DNA of 64,000 nt from Candidatus Omnitrophota bacterium (GTDB lineage: Bacteria > Omnitrophota > Gorgyraeia > JAHJTE01): the NCBI GenBank assembly GCA_018830005.1, contig JAHJTE010000001.1, positions 193,332 to 257,331 of the forward strand. Direction: 5' to 3'. Shown in pieces: positions 40,194 through 49,325 of this stretch; the stretch's first letter is position 1; every line of letters starts with the position of its first letter. Made by a program: the position numbers and the translations under genes. The notes below the pieces were generated by a model, which saw only the letters and a program-made list of their open reading frames with translations, was not told the DNA's origin and made no database searches.

Positions 40194-41293
40194 TTAAAGA
40201 GTTAAGATTTAGGAAAGAATTTACAGAAAGGCTGGAGCGAAAGCGCGATAAGATGGATTTTCCCCGCAATGTAATTTTTGAGATTACACATCAATGCAAT
40301 CTGCGTTGTCGGCATTGCTATGTAGTGCCAGATTCCAGAAAAAAAGAATTAACGACTTCGCAGGTTAAATCAGTTTTTAAGCAATTAGTTGATGTAGGTT
40401 GTCTTCATCTGACCTTAACTGGTGGTGAGCCTTTAGTGCGGCCGGATATCATTTCCTTGATTGACTATGCCCGCAGGCTAGGGCTTTTTATCCATCTTTT
40501 TACCAATGCCACCCTTATAAATCTTGAGATTGCTGATAAATTAGGAGAGCTTAGCCTTACATCCTTAGAGATATCTTTTCACAGTCTTAAGCCTAAACGT
40601 TTTGATTCCTTTACTAGAGTGGAAGGTTCTTTTGATTCGGTGATGAAGGCAATCAGGCTTGTTAAAGAGAGAAAAGAAAGCATTGCCTTAAAGATAAACA
40701 TAACCAAGGCAAACCTTGATGAGATTGATGATTTCAAAGAGTTTGCGAATGATTTAGACGCGGTCATTGAATGGGGAACTATTCTTAGACCAAGGAATGA
40801 TGGTTCACAGGATAATCTATCTTTACGTCTTGAGCCAGAAGAGGCATTAAAGCTAGGCTATATGCTTGGTCTTGAATCTATTCTTGATGAGCCAATACAT
40901 AATAATAAAGAATGTCATCCTCCAGAAAATAAACTCACCAAGCCAAATAGAAATAGGATAGAGAGCGAGTTATTTCGTTGTGGGATCGGCAGTGAAGGTT
41001 TAGTTATTGACCCCTACGGAGAATTAAAGCCTTGTCTTGTGCTTGGCCTTTTAGGCTATTCTATTTTTGATAGCAGTCTAAAGCAGGCATGGATAAATTT
41101 AAGAGCTGATTTGAATTCAATGAAACCGACAGCTGATTATAAATGTCTTGATTGTAATCTAGGGCATTATTGTTCATCTTGTCCAGCAAGAGCGAAACTT
41201 GAATGTAATGATATGAACTCATGTCCTGATTATTATCGTCGGCTGGCAGAATTAAGGTGTCAAAATAATGGCTATAAGAATTCAAGAATATAA
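40190..41293 (+). CDS. Radical SAM/SPASM protein, type B
   Basis: CNLRCRHC, TGGEP; RCGIG...PC...CLDCNLGHYCSSCP...CP. Confidence 0.92.
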   Translation: MIKELRFRKEFTERLERKRDKMDFPRNVIFEITHQCNLRCRHCYVVPDSRKKELTTSQVKSVFKQLVDVGCLHLTLTGGEPLVRPDIISLIDYARRLGLFIHLFTNATLINLEIADKLGELSLTSLEISFHSLKPKRFDSFTRVEGSFDSVMKAIRLVKERKESIALKINITKANLDEIDDFKEFANDLDAVIEWGTILRPRNDGSQDNLSLRLEPEEALKLGYMLGLESILDEPIHNNKECHPPENKLTKPNRNRIESELFRCGIGSEGLVIDPYGELKPCLVLGLLGYSIFDSSLKQAWINLRADLNSMKPTADYKCLDCNLGHYCSSCPARAKLECNDMNSCPDYYRRLAELRCQNNGYKNSRI

Positions 41294-42389
41294 GGACTTT
41301 AGCTTGAGGCTTCATGATAAAGGTTCAAGAAAGCCGATTCTGGGACAATTTGAGCTCACCCATAACTGCAATCTTGCTTGTCAGCATTGTTATGTTGTAA
41401 ATGAACCCCAAAGGCAGGAACTTTCTTACAGTGAGCTTTGCCGTATCTTTGATGAAGTTTATGAACAAGGATGTTTCTGGCTCTGTTTTACTGGAGGCGA
41501 GCCCCTGTTGCGGAAAGATTTTCTTGATATTTACTCATATGCCTACAAAAAAGGATTTCTTATTAGTATCTTTACTAATGCGACACTTTTTAATGAGAAT
41601 ATAGCAGGACACCTTAAGGATTTTCCGCCCTTTTGCATTGAGGTAACCTTGAATGGCATTACTAAAAAAACATACGAATTAATTAGCCAAAGGCCGGGTT
41701 CTTTTGAGCTAGCAATGCGCGGCATTGAACTTATCCGAAAGTTTAAGCTCCCCTTAAAGTTAAAATGCCAGATAATGACTTTAAATATAGATGAGATCGA
41801 TTTGATGCGTAAATTTTATGATAAGATGAACATGGCTTTTCTTTGCAGTCTGATAATTAACCCACGCTTAGACGGTTCGACTCAGACCACTTCTTTGCGT
41901 TTGCCGATTGAGAAAATATTGGAACTTAGAAGGCAAAAAGAAGGACTAGCTGAATGTAGTGATTCTTCAAGGGATATCTTAGGTATGTTGATGCTTCCAG
42001 ATAAGAAAGAAGACATTTTTTTAGAGGAAGATTCATCATTTGACGGGGATAATGAATTAAACCTTGCCTCTGATGCGCTGTTTCGTTGTCCAGGAGGAAC
42101 ATGGGCATTCTATGTTAATCCTTATGGTGAACTTTGTTTTTGTAATTCGCTAAGAGAGCCAGCGTGGGATTTGCGCAAGAATTCATTCAAGCAAGGTTTT
42201 TATGAATTTTTTCCAAAGATTCGCTCAGAGAAGTTTAAAACCGATTCTAAATGCCGAGATTGCGATATCAAGTCAGACTGCCTTAGTTGTCCGGCAAGGG
42301 CTTATTTAGAGACAGGTGATAGAGAGGCCCCTTTGCCCTATTATTGTGAGTTGGCTCAAAAAAACAGGAAGAAAGAAATCAGGACTTAA
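41268..42389 (+). CDS. Radical SAM/SPASM protein, type A
   Basis: CNLACQHC, TGGEP; RCPGG...C...CRDCDIKSDCLSCP...YYC. Confidence 0.92.
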   Translation: MAIRIQEYKDFSLRLHDKGSRKPILGQFELTHNCNLACQHCYVVNEPQRQELSYSELCRIFDEVYEQGCFWLCFTGGEPLLRKDFLDIYSYAYKKGFLISIFTNATLFNENIAGHLKDFPPFCIEVTLNGITKKTYELISQRPGSFELAMRGIELIRKFKLPLKLKCQIMTLNIDEIDLMRKFYDKMNMAFLCSLIINPRLDGSTQTTSLRLPIEKILELRRQKEGLAECSDSSRDILGMLMLPDKKEDIFLEEDSSFDGDNELNLASDALFRCPGGTWAFYVNPYGELCFCNSLREPAWDLRKNSFKQGFYEFFPKIRSEKFKTDSKCRDCDIKSDCLSCPARAYLETGDREAPLPYYCELAQKNRKKEIRT

Positions 42390-42398
42390 ATTGTAATT

Positions 42399-44009
42399 AT
42401 GAATAGTAGGCGTTTACGTGTCGGCATAATATCACGAAAGAATTTAGGTTCATTAAACAGCCTAAGCTGTAGGGTGCTTTTTAAAAACGCCTTAAAGATC
42501 GTTGAGAGTAGATTCAATGCGTGCTGTTGCTTCCTGAATAGCTCTACTAACTCAAACAAGAAGGAGATAGCACTTAAGAAGCTTACCTCTTCTTGCGATG
42601 TGATTTTGGAATTAGCTCCAGGGCAAATGTTTGATATAAAGGCCAAATCAATACCTAGAGTCTTTTTTGCACTTGGTTTTATGTCAAATCCTTTCAATCT
42701 CATGGCTAGCTTTAACAGAAAACTCATGACAGCCAATTCCGTTCTTTTCTCATGCAAAGCGGATTTGGAAATGTTTAATAAAATATTTGGCAAGACAGGA
42801 CGCAGTATGGGCTATATTGTGCCTTTCCCTCTAGAAGTTAATGAATTCAAACCACAAAGTGAGCTTGAAAATAAACGCATGCGAGAAAGATTTGGTATTG
42901 GAGGAGATGTCTTTCTTATCTTGTATGCGGGAAGAATTAACGTGCAGAAGAATATACACACATTACTTAAGATATTTAGAGAGGCCATTAAGAGATTTCC
43001 GCAAACAAGACTTTGTATAGCCGGCGAAGAAGACAGGGGTGGCTTTGAAGAGTTTGGTATTAGTAATAATGGATATACCGGCTATATTAGGAGGAAATGC
43101 CTTGAATACGGGATTGCCGATAAAGTAATATTTACTGGAAAATTAAAAAGAGAAGACCTTATATCTTTATATTCAAGTGCTGATGTTTTCATGAATTGTA
43201 CTATCAGCCAGTATGAAAATTTTGGCTATTCCCAGGTTGAGGCTATGGCCTGCGGCACGCCGGTTATTTGTTCGCATTGGGGTGGATTGAAAGATACAGT
43301 TATTCATGGTAAGTGCGGTTATCATATGCCAACCATACTTAGCAATAACGGCGTAAAGGTTGACTGGCAAAGTGGCTTAAGGCAGTTGATAGGTCTCTTA
43401 GAAGATAAGGATAGACTCAAAGAAATGTCAAGACAGGCAAGAGAACACGCAAAGCTAAACTTCTCTTTCGATAGATTTGCTAAGATGTTAGAATTCGTAC
43501 TTTTAGATACAATGAAGCGCAATAATAAGAATAAAAAACACCACTATTTGCTAAAGATTAAAAAAGAAAATCCTCATTTTATGAATTTATTCATGGAGTA
43601 TCTGTATGTAAACCGTAAAAATTACAAGAAGGGGCCGGTCTGTGTGAATAGCCCCAAAAGCCTCTTCTTTAGGCGAAATTATAGTCACTATAAATCTTTT
43701 ATAAAAGCCTACAGTTCTCTATCTGGTTCTGAAATGCTTAAAAGAAATGGCTCCATACCCTACTTTCTACAGGATGTCAGACTTATGTATAAAGGGCAGC
43801 GCCTTTATATCCAAGATCCTCTCTGGCCAGCAAGATACAGATTAGAGGATTGGCAATTTAGAATTGCCTCAGTTATTGATGGCAATAGAAGCCTGGAGGA
43901 TATTAATTCTAATTTTATACACAGGGGTTTTAAAAAAAGGAGAGATTCGCTTAAGAGGTTCTATAAGCATCTTGCTGAAGAGGGCGTAGTATCATTTCTT
44001 AGTAATTAG
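42399..44009 (+). CDS. GT4 glycosyltransferase with C-terminal RRE/PqqD-like winged-helix domain
   Basis: YAGRINVQKN, ENFGYSQVEAMACGTPV; tail IASVIDGNRSLEDI...FYKHLAEEGVV. Confidence 0.82.
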   Translation: MNSRRLRVGIISRKNLGSLNSLSCRVLFKNALKIVESRFNACCCFLNSSTNSNKKEIALKKLTSSCDVILELAPGQMFDIKAKSIPRVFFALGFMSNPFNLMASFNRKLMTANSVLFSCKADLEMFNKIFGKTGRSMGYIVPFPLEVNEFKPQSELENKRMRERFGIGGDVFLILYAGRINVQKNIHTLLKIFREAIKRFPQTRLCIAGEEDRGGFEEFGISNNGYTGYIRRKCLEYGIADKVIFTGKLKREDLISLYSSADVFMNCTISQYENFGYSQVEAMACGTPVICSHWGGLKDTVIHGKCGYHMPTILSNNGVKVDWQSGLRQLIGLLEDKDRLKEMSRQAREHAKLNFSFDRFAKMLEFVLLDTMKRNNKNKKHHYLLKIKKENPHFMNLFMEYLYVNRKNYKKGPVCVNSPKSLFFRRNYSHYKSFIKAYSSLSGSEMLKRNGSIPYFLQDVRLMYKGQRLYIQDPLWPARYRLEDWQFRIASVIDGNRSLEDINSNFIHRGFKKRRDSLKRFYKHLAEEGVVSFLSN

Positions 44010-44033
44010 TTTAAGAGCATTTGAAAGAAATAT

Positions 44034-45113
44034 ATGAGCAGAAAAACTTATTTTGATTTACTTTACAGACTAAAGGATAATATCTTTCCTTTAAGGGCAC
44101 AGATAGCATTAACCTATAGGTGTAACTTAAACTGCGTTCATTGTTTCGAGAATAAGGACAGTCGAGATGAGTTAACCCTTTCAGAAATAAAAGATATATT
44201 AAATCAGCTAAAAGATCTGGGTTGTTTGCGGCTAAATTTTACAGGAGGAGAGTTATTTTTAAGAAAAGATGTATTAGAGATTTTCGAGCTTGCGCGCAGG
44301 ATGAATTTTGACTTTAGCCTAATAACTAACGCTACGCTCCTAACAGAAGGCCTAGTCAGGAATATTAAAAAATTTAATCCTTCAACGATACAGATTAGTC
44401 TCTATGGGGCAACTAAGAAGGTCTATGAATCTATTAGCAATGTTTCTGGCTCTTTTAAGAAAACATTAGATGCAATTTCACTTTTAAAGGTGCATAATCT
44501 AAAATTAAGAATAGCTACAGTTGTAATGCGCCAGAATTTTCACGAAATAAAAATTATAAGACAGATGGCCAGAATTAATAAATGGAATTTGATAACAGAT
44601 TATTGCATATCGCCAGGATATAATGGTTCAAGAGTTCCTTTAAAATGCAGAATGACTCAAAATCAGCTTAAGAAAGCTGTTACTGAACTTAAGTCAGAAG
44701 GCAGGTATTTAAAAAAAATGAACACTATCTCTAAAGAAAGGCTTTTCTGTCTTTTATCTTTTTGTCAGCATGAGTGTTATATTTCAGCACAGGCAGATGT
44801 GTTTCCATCATGTACTTTAAGAATGAAACTAGGCAGCCTAAGAGAAAAATCCTTTGAAGAAATCTGGAGAGATTCCCAAGTTGCCAAGACCTTAAGGGGC
44901 TTGAAAAAAGAGGAGTTATATTGTCTGCGTTGTAGGCTTTTTTTCTACTGTTGTTTTGACAAAGGCATGGCCTGGTTGGAGCATGGAGATTTTAGGCTTC
45001 CAGCAAAAGAGATATGCAGGGTAATGAAGGCAGGAATAAGGAGAGATGGTAAGCTCTTGCCGCCAGGATTAGTGTCAAAGGTTAAATTCCCGTCCACTAT
45101 TTCGTTTTCTTAG
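44034..45113 (+). CDS. Radical SAM/SPASM protein
   Basis: CNLNCVHC, TGGE, ISLYG; C...VFPSC...LGSL...CLRCRLFFYC. Confidence 0.9.
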   Translation: MSRKTYFDLLYRLKDNIFPLRAQIALTYRCNLNCVHCFENKDSRDELTLSEIKDILNQLKDLGCLRLNFTGGELFLRKDVLEIFELARRMNFDFSLITNATLLTEGLVRNIKKFNPSTIQISLYGATKKVYESISNVSGSFKKTLDAISLLKVHNLKLRIATVVMRQNFHEIKIIRQMARINKWNLITDYCISPGYNGSRVPLKCRMTQNQLKKAVTELKSEGRYLKKMNTISKERLFCLLSFCQHECYISAQADVFPSCTLRMKLGSLREKSFEEIWRDSQVAKTLRGLKKEELYCLRCRLFFYCCFDKGMAWLEHGDFRLPAKEICRVMKAGIRRDGKLLPPGLVSKVKFPSTISFS

Positions 45114-45155
45114 CAAAACGAAACAGGACTATTGGGGGAGATTAAAGGGGGTGTA

Positions 45156-45290
45156 ATGATGAGAAAGGATTCCAAAAAAATTTCAAAGACAAGAAATGCT
45201 AAGGACAAATATGAGAAGCCAAAACTTTTCAAATACAGAATGGTAGATGTTGCCAGTGCTTTAGTAGCTGGACAGATAGAACCTTTATGA
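45156..45290 (+). CDS. Putative RiPP precursor peptide (44 aa) with YxxPxL leader, not in ORF track
   Basis: AAGGGGGTG RBS; MMRKDSKKISKTRNAKDKYEKPKLFKYRMVDVASALVAGQIEPL*; directly upstream of PqqD gene. Confidence 0.7.
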   Translation: MMRKDSKKISKTRNAKDKYEKPKLFKYRMVDVASALVAGQIEPL

Positions 45291-45408
45291 ATAGAGCAGA
45301 TGTTTGCTTGATATCCTATGGCTTGAATTAGTTTTTCTAATGGGTAGATTATATATTTACTGAAGGAAAAATCTATCTGTTAACTAATAAATAAACTTGG
45401 AGGTAGAT

Positions 45409-45699
45409 ATGGCCTTAAGGGAAGGATGCAATCGTTTTAAAATCCAGAAGGATAAAATTGCCCACCGCTTAATTAATAATGAAGTGGTAATTTTGCATTT
45501 AGAGCGTGGTCTTTATTTCAGTCTTAATAAAACCGCTACTTTTATCTGGAAACTTATAGAGCAAGGCAGGGATTTAGGCCAGATGTCAGAGGCGTTCGCT
45601 AAAAGGTTTGAATGCAAAGAGGCAGAGGCAATAAAGGATGTCAATGTCTTAATAGGCGATTTAGAAAAAGAAGGACTCATAGATAAGATTAAGAAATAA
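45409..45699 (+). CDS. Stand-alone PqqD family / RRE protein
   Basis: EVVILHLERGLYFSLNKTATFIWKLI...DVNVLIGDLEKEGLI; GGAGG RBS before ATG 45409. Confidence 0.92.
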   Translation: MALREGCNRFKIQKDKIAHRLINNEVVILHLERGLYFSLNKTATFIWKLIEQGRDLGQMSEAFAKRFECKEAEAIKDVNVLIGDLEKEGLIDKIKK

Positions 45700-45776
45700 T
45701 GAACTGTTTTGAGATTATTGAAAAATATTAAATTAAAAAACACGCAAACCAAAGTATTAAAGCTCAACTTCAGCCT

Positions 45777-46982
45777 ATGAATATTGCTATTATTGCTCAT
45801 TCCTATTTGCCTGATGTTGGTGGTAGCCAGGAAACAATCAGGGGATTAGCTAAAGAATTTTCAAAGCAAGCTCATGAAGTAATTATTTTGGTACTTACTC
45901 CTGGCCCAGGCGGAGAATTCAAGAATGCAACAGAAAACCATTTTTTTAGATTTAAGGCATTCGAGGTTATTGAGGGGATAGATGTTCATAGACTACGCGT
46001 TCCTTTTCTAGGAGTTCCCCGCATAGGAATAAAAGGACTGATTGACACCTTAAGACTCCTTGTTTTTTTACCGGGTGTATTAATAAAATCAGCCAAGATA
46101 ATAAAAGACAATAAGATTCAGATAATTAATGTCCATTATGCAGGCATAAATGCATTTTGTACTTGGCTGCTTTCCTACCCACTCTCCTTAAAATACATAG
46201 TTACATTGCAGGGTTTTAATGTGCAGGTACTCCCATTTTTAAAAGGTTTGAGAGGATTTATTATTCGTTTTGTTTTTAAGTCTATATTGCAGCGCGCCAG
46301 TTTTGTTACTGCCTGTTCTGAGTATCTACTTAATGATGCAAAAGAAAGAGTCCCCCAGATAAGAAATAAGTCTTGTGTTATCCCCAATGGCATAGATTTG
46401 GATGAGTTTAAGCATAACGGCCGAAGTTTAATAGATTATCCCTACATCCTTTGCCTGGGAAGACTGCATGCACCCTTTAAAGGTTTTGATATTGCCCTGC
46501 TTGCACTCAAGGATATCCTAGATTCAGGCCTTGATATAAATCTGGTTCTAGCCGGAGACGGGCCAGATAGCGCTGAATATAAAAAACTTGCAGAATCTTT
46601 AAGCATAGAGAAAAATGTGCATTTCTTTGGTCTGGCCAACCGCGTAGAGGCAGTATATTTTATTAAAAACTGCCAATTCTTTGTGATGCCTTCACGCGTT
46701 GAACCTCTAGGTATTGTAAACTTAGAGGCCATGGCCTGTTCTAAGGCAGTCATTGCCTCAAGAGTAGGCGGTATACCAGAGGTAGTTGAGCACGGTGTAA
46801 ATGGGTTATTAGTTGAGCCTGCGGATGTCAAGGTGCTTGCTAGAGCCATAAAAAGATTATTAGTTGATAAGGACTTAAGAGTTAAACTCGGCAGAAACGG
46901 CAGGCGCATGCTAGAGGCTGGAGAATTTTCTTGGCAGAGGCTATCTCGTAGATACCTAAAACTGTATAGAGAATTTTTATAA
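45777..46982 (+). CDS. GT4 glycosyltransferase (copy 1)
   Basis: YLPDVGG, VIPNGID, LGRL...KGFD, EPLGIVNLEAMAC, GGIPEVV. Confidence 0.93.
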   Translation: MNIAIIAHSYLPDVGGSQETIRGLAKEFSKQAHEVIILVLTPGPGGEFKNATENHFFRFKAFEVIEGIDVHRLRVPFLGVPRIGIKGLIDTLRLLVFLPGVLIKSAKIIKDNKIQIINVHYAGINAFCTWLLSYPLSLKYIVTLQGFNVQVLPFLKGLRGFIIRFVFKSILQRASFVTACSEYLLNDAKERVPQIRNKSCVIPNGIDLDEFKHNGRSLIDYPYILCLGRLHAPFKGFDIALLALKDILDSGLDINLVLAGDGPDSAEYKKLAESLSIEKNVHFFGLANRVEAVYFIKNCQFFVMPSRVEPLGIVNLEAMACSKAVIASRVGGIPEVVEHGVNGLLVEPADVKVLARAIKRLLVDKDLRVKLGRNGRRMLEAGEFSWQRLSRRYLKLYREFL

Positions 46983-49123
46983 ATAATGCAGAATAATTCC
47001 TTCGACTTTAATTTAGCTTCAAAGATAAAGAACAAAGAGGCAGGCATAAGAGATATACGCAATAGGAATGGAATATGTGAAGGCTTGCCTGCGGTTTTAA
47101 CCATCGTTGATACTACAAGATGTAATTTAGACTGCATAATGTGTGTAAGAAATAAAGGCTACTTACAAACTGCTTTAAGGTCTTTTAAGCGCTATAGTCG
47201 GCGTAGAGATGAGACTGTCATGAATTTTAATCTGTTTAAAAAAATAGCCAGCGAGATGTTTCCTCATATTAGCCGAGTTTGCTTAAGCGTAGCAGGGGAG
47301 CCTTTTATTAATCCAAATTTTCCTAGACAGCTAGAGCTAATTGAATCCTATAAGGTTTGGCTAGACCTCTTTACTAACGCTACTCTCATACCCAAGGATG
47401 AGCTTTTGAGGAGATTAGTTAATAGGCTATCGCGCATGGTAGTTTCTATTGATGGCGCCAGCAAGAAGACTTACGAGAGCATAAGAAAAGGAGCTAGATT
47501 CCAGGAGGTTATAGATAATATTAAGCGTCTTAATACAGAAAGAATGAAGATAGATAAAGAAATAAGGCCTAAGCTCGTCTTCTGGTTTGTATTGATGAGA
47601 AGGAATATCGAGGAATTGCCAGAATATGTGCGCTTAGCCCATAGCCTGGGGGCAGACGGGATAGGTGCGGCGCATGTTACTATATTCAAGAAAAGCTTAG
47701 AGAAAGAATCGTTGGTTTATCACAAACAGTTAGCCAACCGCTATTTAAAACAGGCAAGAGATTTAATTGACAAATTGGGCCTGGAGACTTTTGATTTTCC
47801 TCCTTTGTTTTCGCAGGTTCCTGTTTCGCAAGATAAAGTTGATACTCCAATGCCTAATTCGCCGTGCAAATTTCTCTGGAGAGAGGCGGTCATTGAATTA
47901 AATGGAGATGTTTATCCTTGTTGTGCTCCCGAGAAAACCGGTTTACTGATGGGAAATGTCAGCAAGCAATCTTTCAGAGAAATCTGGAGTGGTAAGCGCT
48001 ATCAGATATTAAGGGCAAGTTTTGAGGATGGCTATTTATATCCACCTTGCAAGAATTGTTATCAACGATTAAAAGATCGTACCTCAGATAACAGCGGTAT
48101 CTATTTTTTCGAAAACGTATAGTTAGGCCTTAAGAAAGTAATTATGAATATAACAATTTTTCCTCATGCCTATTTGCCTAGCGTAGGGGGCGTAGAAGAG
48201 GTAGTCAGAAATCTAGCCAGAGAATTTAAGGCAAAAGGCCATCGTGTAGGACTAATAGTATTTGTTCCACTTAGAAGATTCAGGGCACGTGAGATTATTG
48301 AAGGAATAGAAGTTAGAAGATTCTATGTTCCCTTTGTAATATTGCCCTATAGAGTGAGCTGGCGAGCTTTTCTTGATGTAGTTGAAATGCTTGTTTGTTT
48401 GCCTCTTGCCCTGGTTAGAATAGCGCGCATACTCAAAGAAAATAATAGCCAAATAATACACATACATTATATTGGCGTAAATGCATTTTATATTTGGTTG
48501 CTTTCCTATTTTCTCTCCTTAAAATACATCGTAAGTTTGCACGGCTTTAATTTACAAGTAATACCTTTCCTGAAAGGCGCAAGCAGAGCTGTTCTTAATT
48601 TTGTTTTTAAGTCTATATTGCAGCGCGCCAGTTTTGTTACTGCCTGTTCTGAGTATCTACTTGATGATGCAAAAGAAAGAGTCCCCCAGATAAGAAATAA
48701 GTCTTGTGTTATCCCCAATGGCATAGATTTGGATGAGTTTAAGCATAACGGCCGCAGTTTAATAGATTATCCCTACATCCTTTGCCTGGGAAGACTGCAT
48801 GCACCCTTTAAAGGTTTTGATATTGCCCTGCTTGCACTCAAGGATATACTAGATTCAGGCCTTGATATAAATCTGGTTCTAGCCGGAGACGGGCCAGCCC
48901 GCACTTCTTATGAGAGATTGATAAGATTATTAAAGATAGAGAAAAATGTGCATTTATTTGGTTTGGCAAATAGAAAAGATGCAGTAAATTTAATCAGAAA
49001 CTGCCAATTCTTTGTGATGCCTTCACGCGTTGAACCTCTAGGTATTGTAAACTTAGAGGCCATGGCCTGTTCTAAGGCAGTCATTGCTTCCAGAGTAGGC
49101 GGTATACCAGAGGTAGTTGAGCA
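46268..49123 (+). repeat. Tandem GT4+rSAM duplication; near-identical blocks at 2331-bp offset
   Basis: 46268-46566 vs 48599-48897 (3 mismatches by eye); 46667-46792 vs 48998-49123 nearly identical. Confidence 0.9.
46986..48122 (+). CDS. Radical SAM protein with short SPASM/Twitch tail (copy 1)
   Basis: CNLDCIMC, AGEP, VSIDG, PCKFLW...GDVYPCC...CKNC. Confidence 0.9.
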   Translation: MQNNSFDFNLASKIKNKEAGIRDIRNRNGICEGLPAVLTIVDTTRCNLDCIMCVRNKGYLQTALRSFKRYSRRRDETVMNFNLFKKIASEMFPHISRVCLSVAGEPFINPNFPRQLELIESYKVWLDLFTNATLIPKDELLRRLVNRLSRMVVSIDGASKKTYESIRKGARFQEVIDNIKRLNTERMKIDKEIRPKLVFWFVLMRRNIEELPEYVRLAHSLGADGIGAAHVTIFKKSLEKESLVYHKQLANRYLKQARDLIDKLGLETFDFPPLFSQVPVSQDKVDTPMPNSPCKFLWREAVIELNGDVYPCCAPEKTGLLMGNVSKQSFREIWSGKRYQILRASFEDGYLYPPCKNCYQRLKDRTSDNSGIYFFENV

Positions 49124-49325
49124 TGGCCTAACCGGATTATTAGTTGAGTCATGCAGCGAGAAAGCACTGGCTGCAGCGATAAAGCGACTTATGGAAGATA
49201 AGAATTTAAGAATCAGACTTGGCAGAAACGGCAGGCTTAAGGCTGAGCAACGTGGATTTTCTTGGGAGTTTATAGCCGATAAACATCTGGAGATATCAAA
49301 AGGATTTTTGAATTATGAAGATTGA
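48144..49325 (+). CDS. GT4 glycosyltransferase (copy 2)
   Basis: Paralog of 45777..46982 with near-identical internal blocks. Confidence 0.93.
   Translation: MNITIFPHAYLPSVGGVEEVVRNLAREFKAKGHRVGLIVFVPLRRFRAREIIEGIEVRRFYVPFVILPYRVSWRAFLDVVEMLVCLPLALVRIARILKENNSQIIHIHYIGVNAFYIWLLSYFLSLKYIVSLHGFNLQVIPFLKGASRAVLNFVFKSILQRASFVTACSEYLLDDAKERVPQIRNKSCVIPNGIDLDEFKHNGRSLIDYPYILCLGRLHAPFKGFDIALLALKDILDSGLDINLVLAGDGPARTSYERLIRLLKIEKNVHLFGLANRKDAVNLIRNCQFFVMPSRVEPLGIVNLEAMACSKAVIASRVGGIPEVVEHGLTGLLVESCSEKALAAAIKRLMEDKNLRIRLGRNGRLKAEQRGFSWEFIADKHLEISKGFLNYED

Noticed and set aside
38114-45380. Shared 10-mer ATCTATCTGT downstream of both precursor genes (38114-38123, 45371-45380)
   Set aside because: Short and AT-rich, and on opposite arms of the respective hairpins; could be chance
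46442-47137. 231-aa antisense ORF, and other antisense or nested ORFs in the track (e.g. 8008-8553, 18918-19409, 23348-23788, 42386-42793)
   Set aside because: They lie opposite well-supported genes, have no recognisable motifs and look like shadow frames
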